UHGV virus genome: UHGV-0110190
DNA length: 44,149 bases
DNA from: a virus
Strand: one strand, 5' to 3'
Every line of letters starts with the position of its first letter. The stretch's first letter is position 1. Below, piece by piece: positions 34,052 through 42,621 of the stretch. The notes beneath the pieces were generated by a model. That model ran no database searches. It worked only from the letters and a program-made list of their open reading frames with translations, and was not told the DNA's origin. Both the position numbers and the translations under genes were made by a program.

Positions 34052-34553
34052 TCTCGGCAACTTCGCAAAGAAGTTGAGAAACCTGGAAACGAACATGAAT
34101 CGTCGTAACGGCATTGCGAAATCTCTTGCCGATGACTTCGCCGACAAACTGCGTGACAACCTCCCTCAATTGGGGGATAATTACGCTAAGGGTGCTGGCA
34201 ACGATTTGGGTTACGTTTCTACTAGCGTAGCAAAGCAAACCGCTACGATCACTTGGACGGGCAAGCAAATTTTCTATATCGAGTTCGGTACCGGCTCACC
34301 CGCTGTGGGCCGCTATCAGAACACACCTCAGATGATGGACGCGGGTTACGCGCCTAGACCCAACGGGCACAGTCTGGGGATGTACTGGACGCTTCCGATG
34401 GAGGAATTTAGCACTAGCGACGGTAAGCCAATCGTAACCAAAGGTTGGGAACCGTATGCTCCTTTCTTGAACACGCAGCTGGCATACCATGGTGGACAAT
34501 TCCACGGCGGTATGATAGACGCAACAAAGAAACAGGTAGAATCACTATTATGA
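34044..34553 (+). CDS. Tail completion / neck protein (HK97 gp10-like)
   Basis: FYIEFGTG and TKGxxxxAPF motifs. Confidence 0.75.
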   Translation: MSDLGNFAKKLRNLETNMNRRNGIAKSLADDFADKLRDNLPQLGDNYAKGAGNDLGYVSTSVAKQTATITWTGKQIFYIEFGTGSPAVGRYQNTPQMMDAGYAPRPNGHSLGMYWTLPMEEFSTSDGKPIVTKGWEPYAPFLNTQLAYHGGQFHGGMIDATKKQVESLL

Positions 34554-34963
34554 ATCTAATTGCAGGAGAAATCAAGACGCTGCTAGAAAATCATGATTAT
34601 GGTTACCCTGTGAGCGTGGTGCGAAGTTTCAATGCTTCAACCAAAGTGTTCCCGCGTATCGTGGTGCGACAGATCAACGATATGACGAGCATCAGGGATG
34701 CGAACAAAGAACTTGTGTCGCTCCTGTCTTTTCAAATCGAGATTTACACACAAGACGCGGTGGACGCTACTGGCAAGGTAGTTGGGCGAGTTGATGTAAG
34801 CGATGACATTGCGCAACAGATCGACACTGTGATGTACAAACAGTACAAAATGAATCGTGATAGCGTCGCAGATGACGAATCGTACGCAACTGATACTGCA
34901 CGTAGAATCATGAGGTATAGCTGCGCTATTGACCAGTTCGGCTATACCTATCGAATAGTATAG
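34550..34963 (+). CDS. Tail terminator protein
   Basis: ATGA overlap at 34550; FPRIVV, FQIEIY and RRIMRY patterns; precedes the major tail gene. Confidence 0.7.
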   Translation: MNLIAGEIKTLLENHDYGYPVSVVRSFNASTKVFPRIVVRQINDMTSIRDANKELVSLLSFQIEIYTQDAVDATGKVVGRVDVSDDIAQQIDTVMYKQYKMNRDSVADDESYATDTARRIMRYSCAIDQFGYTYRIV

Positions 34964-34973
34964 GAGAACAGCG

Positions 34974-35438
34974 ATGGCCCAAAGTTCTGCTGGTATTAAG
35001 CTGTACTACGGTCAGTCCACAGACGGCAATGCTAAGCCCGCCACTTGGACGGAAATCCCCGATGTGACGGCTATTCCGGCGCTCGGTGGCGAACCGAACA
35101 TGCTCGATTGCACGCCTCTTTCCGAGACTGTGCAGAAGCAATATATTCCCGGTCTGAAAGACCCCGGCGGTGCGCTTGGCTACACGGTCAACATGACCCC
35201 GGAAATGCTCACGGCTACGGATGCCGCTTCCACGGTGCCTAAGAGTCCGGCTAAGATGGCGTTTGCCGTCGAATTCCCGGCTCCCCTGAGCTGCCACTAC
35301 TGGTACTTCGGTTCCGGTGTGAACGTTACTCCTGGTGAGACTGAGGTTGACGCTGTTGTCACCTCCACGTTCTACACCTCTGTGGAATCCACGATCACCA
35401 AGGTCACCGGCCCCGTAACCCCTTCGACTGGTAAGTAG
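34974..35438 (+). CDS. Major tail (tube) protein
   Basis: IPALGGEPNMLDCT...QYIPGLKDPGG motif. Confidence 0.85.
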   Translation: MAQSSAGIKLYYGQSTDGNAKPATWTEIPDVTAIPALGGEPNMLDCTPLSETVQKQYIPGLKDPGGALGYTVNMTPEMLTATDAASTVPKSPAKMAFAVEFPAPLSCHYWYFGSGVNVTPGETEVDAVVTSTFYTSVESTITKVTGPVTPSTGK

Positions 35439-35470
35439 TACAACACGACACATGAAAGTGGGGAGAATCA

Positions 35471-35761
35471 ATGCAACGTGAAATCAATGGTCAGAAGTAT
35501 AATTTCCGTATGACGCGTGGTGGCATTCGTGCTGCCGAGCGTGCCGGTATGAACATGGGTGAGATCGGCGACAAGCCGATGGAAGCCCTGTATTACCTGT
35601 GGTACGCGTCCCTCTACGCCGAACATCCGATGGCGATGAAGAAGTGCGATGCGCTGCTTGACGATTATCTGGATGACCCGAGCTGTCCTGAGAGCTACGA
35701 GGATTTGATCGGTACTCTGATGGAGGATTATGCTGCGGTTTTCAATATAGCCACAGAGTAA
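35471..35761 (+). CDS. Tail assembly chaperone (G-like)
   Basis: Position between the tail tube and tape measure genes; GGGAG SD. Confidence 0.75.
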   Translation: MQREINGQKYNFRMTRGGIRAAERAGMNMGEIGDKPMEALYYLWYASLYAEHPMAMKKCDALLDDYLDDPSCPESYEDLIGTLMEDYAAVFNIATE

Positions 35762-36216
35762 CGGAAATATTGAGTGATGAGAAGTCTGTGGCTCCTGACG
35801 AAGATGACGATGACACTCAACAAGCTACTACCATAGAAGATGTGTTCACAGAGGAATGCACGCTAGCAATGAGCATAGGAATGACGTACGAGCAGTATTG
35901 GAATTCCGAGCCTGAAATATTTCTAGCTTATGCTAAACTCTACAAGCGCCAGACTAAAGCTGACTTTGCCGAACAAGACACCCTTGCATGGATGATCGGT
36001 TCTTACGTGGATGCAGCTGTCGGCCACATCATGAGCGCTGCATTTGGTACGAAAGGTAAGCCCAAAGCCAAGTACCCCGATCAACCCGTATACATTACGG
36101 AGATCGATGAAAATGCCAAGGCAAAGAAGCGCGAGCGTGAAGCACGTAAATTTGAAGCTAACTTCCTTGCTGCGGTTCACAACATGGGTAAAACTATTGA
36201 AGAAGCCGCACGCTAG
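35737..36216 (+). CDS. Tail assembly chaperone extension (T-like), probably reached by -1 frameshift
   Basis: The -1 frame is open across the end of the G gene; no good SD; GGTTTTC at 35737-35743 plus a downstream stem; IGMTYEQYW motif. Confidence 0.65.
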   Translation, partial: GFQYSHRVTEILSDEKSVAPDEDDDDTQQATTIEDVFTEECTLAMSIGMTYEQYWNSEPEIFLAYAKLYKRQTKADFAEQDTLAWMIGSYVDAAVGHIMSAAFGTKGKPKAKYPDQPVYITEIDENAKAKKREREARKFEANFLAAVHNMGKTIEEAAR

Positions 36217-36232
36217 TAGTGCGGCTTTTTCT
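36203..36232 (+). terminator. Intrinsic terminator/attenuator before the tape measure gene
   Basis: AAGCCGCAC-GCTAGTA-GTGCGGCTT followed by TTTCT. Confidence 0.65.
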
Positions 36233-36249
36233 ATGCTCAGGAGAAACAT

Positions 36250-39200
36250 ATGGCACAACAGATCAAGCAAGAGGTCTTAGTTGACGTAACCGTCAAAGGC
36301 GGTGAAGCAGCAGCCAAGACCCTTGAAAGCATTGATGCTAAGATTAAGAGCATCAAGCAAAACGCCCGTGGCCTGTCCTCAGCGCTAAGTTCCATGAACA
36401 AAGTGAACGGATCGGGTAAGATCAATGCTTCTCTTGGCAGCATTGATACAGGGGGCACGGCTAACCTGCAAAGCTCCATGCGTGCGGTGCAGACGGCGAC
36501 CTCCAAGGCAGGAGCGGCAGCTAAAACGGCTACGCCTCTGTTCTCAAAGCTCAAAGCGTCTTTGGATGCTTCGAGCAAAAGCGCTAAGTCGGCAAGTTGG
36601 AACTTCTTCCGCACCCGCGCGGCGATCGCTGCCGTGGCTATGGTTGTCGGTACGCTCGGCTTGGGCACTAAGAAGTGGTTCGATATGGCTTCCGACTATG
36701 CCGAAGCGAACCACTTGTTCTACACTACACTTGCATCTTCTTTGAGTGATGTGGCAGAAGCCGAAAAGACAGCCACCATCCAAGGTAAAGACCTGTTCGG
36801 CAATCTCACCGGGGACAGTGTTGCCGTGACTCCTGCTGTAGCTGCTGCTGCCGAAGAAGTAGAGCGCATGGCTAAGGCTATGATGCTCGATCCCACGCAA
36901 ATGAAGCGTACGTACGCGACGTTCTACGAAATGGCGAACTCTGCGGGCATGGCGACCGATAAGGTCATGAAGCTGTCGCAGGGCATGACCCAGCTTACGT
37001 ACGACCTTTCGTCCTTGTGGGACAAGCCGTTCGACGAGACGGCATCTAAGCTCCAATCCGGTATTTCCGGTATCTCCACCGCCGTGAAGTCTTACGGTAT
37101 CGATATTAGCCGTACAGCAGCCGACCAATGGTTGTTATCCAACGGCATCAACAGCACGTATAACGAACTTGACCGTGCCAATAAGATGATCGTCATGTAC
37201 AACATGCTCATGGAGCATACCACGACGGCTCAGGGCGACCTTGCCCGTTCTGCTCTGCAACCCGCCAACATGTTCCGTATCCTCGGTGCACAGGCGAGTG
37301 TGGCAGGACGTATGCTCGGTGCTGCGGTATTCCCCGTGGTTACCAAGCTCATCCCGCTGTTCATCATGCTTGCTCAAGCTATCCAACGTGCTGCGGCTGT
37401 TCTTGCCTCATTCCTTGGCAAGAAGCTAGGAAGCTGGTACACTGAGTCCCAAGATCAATGGAACAGCTATCTGTCCAACCTCAACGGTTCTTTCGGTAGG
37501 GTGGATGTTGGTGCTGACGAAATGGAAGATGACTTAGGAAACGTGGGCGATGCCGCCCAAGATACCGCTTCCAAGCTGAAAGAAATCACTGATTTCACCC
37601 TTCCGTTCGATGAACTTCACATTCTCCCTGACACGCCTACTGCTGGTGGTGGAGGCGGAGGCGGCGGAGGTGGTGCGCCCGGTGGAGGCGGCGGAATCGA
37701 CATTCCTATGCTCGATCCCTATCCGTGGGAAGATCAGCTTACCGATGTCCTTCTTGGCGATGCCGCTAAGACGCTCGACCTTCTCAAAAAGAAGATAGAC
37801 GATATCTTCGACCCTGGCACGTTCGACGCGTTCATGCGCGCAACGTCTAAGATGTGGAAAACGGTAAAGCGCGACACGGCACAAGTGGTGGACGCTATCA
37901 GGCGTGTAGGGCAAGCGTTTGACGAAAGCTGGGATTGGGTTGACTTCCTAGACGCATTCGCTGAGGGCTTCACTAATGCTAGCGACGTGATCACAGGGGC
38001 GATAACCTCGATCCTCAACGCTGTCCCAGGCTTGAAGGACTTCCTTGAAAACCTGCCTATCGTAGGCGACATGTTCAAGGGACTGTTCGACAACATGGAC
38101 TCCGGTCTAGGCTACGTGCTCGGCGTGATGTTGGCGTTCAAGGGCGTTAGCGGAGCGTTGAAGATTCTCGGCAAAGTCCTCTCCCCTGTGCTCAAACTGT
38201 TTCAGACCATCTTCACTCCGATCTCCAAAGTAGCTGGGGCGATCAAGAACATCATTTCTCCCGCTGGTAAAGCTGCCGGAGGTGTCAGCAAGCTGGGCGA
38301 CGCGTTCGTCGGTGCCGCAGGAGTCGGCAAGCTGGGCAAGTTCGTAAGCAAGATCGGAAAGGCGTTCGGGCCGGTAGGCATCGTGCTCGCCATAGCTGAT
38401 GGTCTGAGGAGCATTGCCACTGACATTCTACCGAAGGGTTTGGATCGATGGAGTAAGGTATTCGAGAGCAAAGACCCGATTGGCACTTATTTCGAGCAGA
38501 TGAAGGACTACGTCGCCAGTGGCGATTGGATCAACAACATCTTGAACCTTGTGCTGTGGGAAGGTGCGCTGGACGATCTTGCCGGATGGTTCCAAAATGC
38601 TGCGGACGCTGTATGGAACTTCGGAAAGAGCATCGGCGAGAGTCTCACTCCCGTGTTCTCCACTATCGGTCAAAAGATGGTGGAAGCTGGCGCGACAATC
38701 TATGATGCCGTCACTGGCGTGTTCATTGCTATCGGTGATAAGATTGTTGGTATTCTCAACATTCTTGGTATCGACGTGGGCGATCAATGGACAGCCATGA
38801 AAGATAGTATCAAACTCACCAGCGATCAAATCCACAGTATAGCAGAAAACGGCTTCAAAGGTATTTCTGAATCGGTCAACCGTAATACACGGGAAGCCAA
38901 GGAAGCTGCTGTCAATAATTTTAACCAGACTAGGGAATCTGGTCAAAGTGCTTTTTCCATTCTTGGAAGTGCTATTTCTAGCGCTATGGGCAGCGTTAAA
39001 AGCAATGTGACCAATAATTCTGCTCAAATGCAAGTCAATTCCTCCAACAGTTTCAATCGTACCGAAGCTAACGGAAGACAAGCATTCAATAATCTTGAAT
39101 GGGGCATAAGCCAAAAAATGGCTGCTGCTCGACGGAACACTGACTGGGAAGCGGCGAGTATCCAACGCGCGTTCAATTTCGAGTGGCGCATGCCACGATT

Positions 39201-39618
39201 GAAGCTTCCGCACTTCAATTGGAGTACTAGGACGATCGGCGGGTTCACTTTTCCGATTTTCGGCGGCATCGATTGGTATGCTAAGGGTGGTATTTTCGAC
39301 AGCGCCACAATTGCCGGTATTGGCGAAGCTGGCCCTGAGGCTGTCGTGCCGCTACAGGGAGCGCGTATGCGCCCGTTTGCTGAGGCTGTTGCATCCAATA
39401 TCCATAACAGCAATGACGGGTCTTACAATGGCTCTGCTTCGCTCGACGGCGACGCGCTGGTGGCGGCAATCTCCACCTCCGTGTATAATGCCATGGTTCA
39501 AGGCTTCCCGAAGGAAATCAAGACCGACGTTAGTTTGGATGGTGTTAAAGTGAACAAAGAACTTGATCGCATTAAGCGTCAACAAGGCGTTGGGACTAGT
39601 CTAGTAAGCGCGGTGTAA
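36250..39618 (+). CDS. Tape measure protein
   Basis: 1122 aa, Ala/Gly-rich helical; GDLARS, FDELH and WYAKGG...GEAGPEAVVPL motifs. Confidence 0.93.
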   Translation: MAQQIKQEVLVDVTVKGGEAAAKTLESIDAKIKSIKQNARGLSSALSSMNKVNGSGKINASLGSIDTGGTANLQSSMRAVQTATSKAGAAAKTATPLFSKLKASLDASSKSAKSASWNFFRTRAAIAAVAMVVGTLGLGTKKWFDMASDYAEANHLFYTTLASSLSDVAEAEKTATIQGKDLFGNLTGDSVAVTPAVAAAAEEVERMAKAMMLDPTQMKRTYATFYEMANSAGMATDKVMKLSQGMTQLTYDLSSLWDKPFDETASKLQSGISGISTAVKSYGIDISRTAADQWLLSNGINSTYNELDRANKMIVMYNMLMEHTTTAQGDLARSALQPANMFRILGAQASVAGRMLGAAVFPVVTKLIPLFIMLAQAIQRAAAVLASFLGKKLGSWYTESQDQWNSYLSNLNGSFGRVDVGADEMEDDLGNVGDAAQDTASKLKEITDFTLPFDELHILPDTPTAGGGGGGGGGGAPGGGGGIDIPMLDPYPWEDQLTDVLLGDAAKTLDLLKKKIDDIFDPGTFDAFMRATSKMWKTVKRDTAQVVDAIRRVGQAFDESWDWVDFLDAFAEGFTNASDVITGAITSILNAVPGLKDFLENLPIVGDMFKGLFDNMDSGLGYVLGVMLAFKGVSGALKILGKVLSPVLKLFQTIFTPISKVAGAIKNIISPAGKAAGGVSKLGDAFVGAAGVGKLGKFVSKIGKAFGPVGIVLAIADGLRSIATDILPKGLDRWSKVFESKDPIGTYFEQMKDYVASGDWINNILNLVLWEGALDDLAGWFQNAADAVWNFGKSIGESLTPVFSTIGQKMVEAGATIYDAVTGVFIAIGDKIVGILNILGIDVGDQWTAMKDSIKLTSDQIHSIAENGFKGISESVNRNTREAKEAAVNNFNQTRESGQSAFSILGSAISSAMGSVKSNVTNNSAQMQVNSSNSFNRTEANGRQAFNNLEWGISQKMAAARRNTDWEAASIQRAFNFEWRMPRLKLPHFNWSTRTIGGFTFPIFGGIDWYAKGGIFDSATIAGIGEAGPEAVVPLQGARMRPFAEAVASNIHNSNDGSYNGSASLDGDALVAAISTSVYNAMVQGFPKEIKTDVSLDGVKVNKELDRIKRQQGVGTSLVSAV

Positions 39619-39620
39619 TC

Positions 39621-40043
39621 ATGGCTACTATTCTACCTACTGGCCTTATCAAGGTCAAGAAATACATTTCCGACGCATGGGTCAACCTTCCGGTCCCTGC
39701 GGAGGGCGGTGTCAGTTACGAGATTCAAACCACAGTGGACGATGCGCGTAACGCCAACAACACCATGATCGGCAACCCGGTCGGCACCGACAAGATCAAG
39801 TTGAACATCAAATATCCCCCATTGACAGATGCTGAACTTAATAGTATACTGAGGGTATTTGATCGTGAACAAGGCGGTTCGTTCTTCGTTTACGTCAACT
39901 ATTACGACCCGCGCATTATGCAACGTCGCACAAGCTACATGTATGTAGGCGACCGCTCGTTCGAGCCATGGATCGTTCCTTCCGTCAATGTCGGCGTTCC
40001 CAAGCGGTGGATTAATTGTCAATGCAACCTGATTGAGTGTTAA
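39621..40043 (+). CDS. Distal tail protein (Dit-like)
   Basis: RNANxTM, MYVGDRS and CNLIE motifs; directly after the tape measure gene. Confidence 0.75.
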   Translation: MATILPTGLIKVKKYISDAWVNLPVPAEGGVSYEIQTTVDDARNANNTMIGNPVGTDKIKLNIKYPPLTDAELNSILRVFDREQGGSFFVYVNYYDPRIMQRRTSYMYVGDRSFEPWIVPSVNVGVPKRWINCQCNLIEC

Positions 40044-40044
40044 T

Positions 40045-42612
40045 ATGGCTAATGTAGGAGTAACGACATTTCAAGGCTCACCCTGTGATCTTGATTGGTA
40101 CAACTACTTCAAGAATCTCACAGACCACAGAGATATCGAATGTACCGTTCATTTCTGTGAACCAAAACTACTGAATGATAAGATTCATACGCGGATGTTC
40201 CCCGTCGCCATGGCGAGCAACCTGCAATGCAAGAACCAAACGACGTATCTAGGTAACGGGAAACTGACAAACTACACCCTTCCCGTTCACCAGCTGGTGT
40301 CGATGAACGCTACTGACGAAATCGACCCGCGTTGTCTCGAAACCAAGATTCCCTCTGCCTCGTTTTCTTTCAAGGTGGAGGGGATCGACCACAATACTCC
40401 TCTCGCAACCGTTGATGCTTTATTGAATGCGTTCGATGACAAGATGGTTCGCATCTACCGTGGCTTCAACGATCCGAAGGGGAAAATCCTAGACGATAAC
40501 GGACGCTGGGCACTTGATTATTATGCCGGGTTCGATCATGATCTTGTTTGTCTAGGCAATTACAAGATCGTTGATCGCGAGTACAATTACGAGAAATGCA
40601 CCATCGAAGTTCAATGCGAACACATTTTCTTCAATAAATTCGCTGAGGATGACACGTACAAAGCGATGCACAAGACGGGTAATCCTGCCAAGACCGCCGT
40701 GCTTTATCAACGGTACCCTTATCCTTACAGTGCCGTTACGGTTGAAGGTGGCGGTGATTCTACTCACCCGACCAAAGCAATCAGCTCGTACAAGCTCGGT
40801 TACAATGCGTGGGAAATGTTGCGAAGCACTTCTTATGCTAAATTAGGTTCTAACTCTATTCCACTTTATGGATGGGCGTTCCCCGATGCTACGATGGCAT
40901 CTTACGGGGTGAACACAGGGGGATTCATCCAAGGAGTTGAGACTAGCTATACCGCTGCTGCTCGTGTATGGAACCTGGCCGCAGAGAACGACCTGCAACA
41001 GATCAGGGACACCACCACTCCTTTCACTCGCACGTTGGACGTTCGCGCCACGTTGTGCCAACTCAACAATACGTGGAAAAAGGAAAGCGCTCTCGAAACG
41101 CTTCTTTGTTGGAATCTGATGAATTGCATCCATTGGGTTCCTGCGCGTCCATTGCAGAAGCTCCAAGAGGAAATGCAACCGATAAGCAACGACGTGTGTT
41201 TCGACGGTACATGGACTATCATGCAAGGTTTATCGCCCACAGAAGATGTGTTCTTAGACAAAACTAAGATTTCTACGTGGACGATGCTAGAAAACGGTAA
41301 CAACGGCACTTGGTTCCCGACTATCGCCAACACGGTTTACAAGGTTCTTCCTAGTTTTTTGGTGTCTCAATCAGTCAAGAAAGAGAACATCGAATGGGAG
41401 CCGGTTAAATGGGCCAAAACCTACTATATGGATTTGCTCAACGTACCGACTAGGCTTTCTACCGATTACTATGCGTTCCAAAATCAAACGTACTTCGCCG
41501 ATACCGTAGATGTTCACAAGTTCAACACGCCCGCATATCAGCCTTATCCGTCCGATCAGAATAGCGGTTTCCGCATCATGACCAGCCAACCGTTGAAAAA
41601 CGATACCTGGTACATGAACCGAACTGCTGAGATCACGGGGGCGAACAACTTCGTCGCCGATCTGTTCGGCTTCGACGAACCGGCTAATAACCAGATGGGG
41701 GAGGTCAACATCCCCGTTCGCGGGGATAGCGTCCTCGCTTGGCGCGTCCTGTGGAACACCAACATCCCGGGGTTGGCAAACAGGCAACCGTTGTCGCTTG
41801 GGCTCATCACCTGTAACCCTACTATATACGCTTACGATGCGAACGGCAACCTGGTTGATGAAGGTTCCACTCAGAACACTAAGGGAATCGACACCATCCA
41901 CGCATACGGCTTGTACAAGAATCTTTCGACTAGAATGATCGCTCGGGCCAACGTGGGAGATACCAACGTCGCGCCCATGTACCAGCTCACATGGACGATG
42001 GTCGATGACCCGAGCTTGCGCGTAGGCACGGTGGTTTGGGTACCTCTGCAAAACGAGTACTTGAAAGTGTACATTACCAAGCAGGAGCGTTCGTTCGATG
42101 GCGGTGCGCGCCTCACCTGCACCGGCTGGGCTTATGCTAAGACCGGTCAAAAAGTGTACGATCCGAAGATCACCAACGCGAAATGCACGTATTTCGTCAA
42201 CAACCCGGACAACGATCCGAAGGGCGAATGGTTCAAGCTCACATGGACCCCTACGGGAGACTACTCGCCTGTGGATACGGTTACCTACGTGTTCACATAC
42301 ACCGATGAGCTCGGAGCGTGGTCTAAGACGATTGGGAGCGCGAGCATCCTATTCGGCGAAACAGCGGAATATCTGCTCAACGGCCCTAGGATAGCGCAAG
42401 AATCAGGCATCGATCTCGATGAGCTGATCAACGGAAAAGGCTACTTCGGAATCACGGGGTACTTCCCTCCCGACGCCAAATCCGCGTACGCTACCGCGCC
42501 GAAGACCATCACCACTTGGGACAACACGGCATTCTCGCAACTTCATGTCGGCTACATACGAGCATCCAATCAGCATCAACCGCTCATCGTCGGCAATCCG
42601 CTCCAAGGTTAG
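40045..42612 (+). CDS. Tail tip / baseplate hub (Tal-like) protein
   Basis: ~855 aa after Dit; DPSLRVG motif near the hub C-terminus; start 40045 (ATG) or 40033 (TTG). Confidence 0.65.
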   Translation: MANVGVTTFQGSPCDLDWYNYFKNLTDHRDIECTVHFCEPKLLNDKIHTRMFPVAMASNLQCKNQTTYLGNGKLTNYTLPVHQLVSMNATDEIDPRCLETKIPSASFSFKVEGIDHNTPLATVDALLNAFDDKMVRIYRGFNDPKGKILDDNGRWALDYYAGFDHDLVCLGNYKIVDREYNYEKCTIEVQCEHIFFNKFAEDDTYKAMHKTGNPAKTAVLYQRYPYPYSAVTVEGGGDSTHPTKAISSYKLGYNAWEMLRSTSYAKLGSNSIPLYGWAFPDATMASYGVNTGGFIQGVETSYTAAARVWNLAAENDLQQIRDTTTPFTRTLDVRATLCQLNNTWKKESALETLLCWNLMNCIHWVPARPLQKLQEEMQPISNDVCFDGTWTIMQGLSPTEDVFLDKTKISTWTMLENGNNGTWFPTIANTVYKVLPSFLVSQSVKKENIEWEPVKWAKTYYMDLLNVPTRLSTDYYAFQNQTYFADTVDVHKFNTPAYQPYPSDQNSGFRIMTSQPLKNDTWYMNRTAEITGANNFVADLFGFDEPANNQMGEVNIPVRGDSVLAWRVLWNTNIPGLANRQPLSLGLITCNPTIYAYDANGNLVDEGSTQNTKGIDTIHAYGLYKNLSTRMIARANVGDTNVAPMYQLTWTMVDDPSLRVGTVVWVPLQNEYLKVYITKQERSFDGGARLTCTGWAYAKTGQKVYDPKITNAKCTYFVNNPDNDPKGEWFKLTWTPTGDYSPVDTVTYVFTYTDELGAWSKTIGSASILFGETAEYLLNGPRIAQESGIDLDELINGKGYFGITGYFPPDAKSAYATAPKTITTWDNTAFSQLHVGYIRASNQHQPLIVGNPLQG

Positions 42613-42621
42613 GAGAACTTT

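Noticed and set aside
37642..37696. Poly-glycine tract in the tape measure protein as a contingency locus
   Set aside because: Encoded by mixed GGT/GGA/GGC codons; Gly/Ser-rich linkers after the FDEL motif are usual in this tape measure type.
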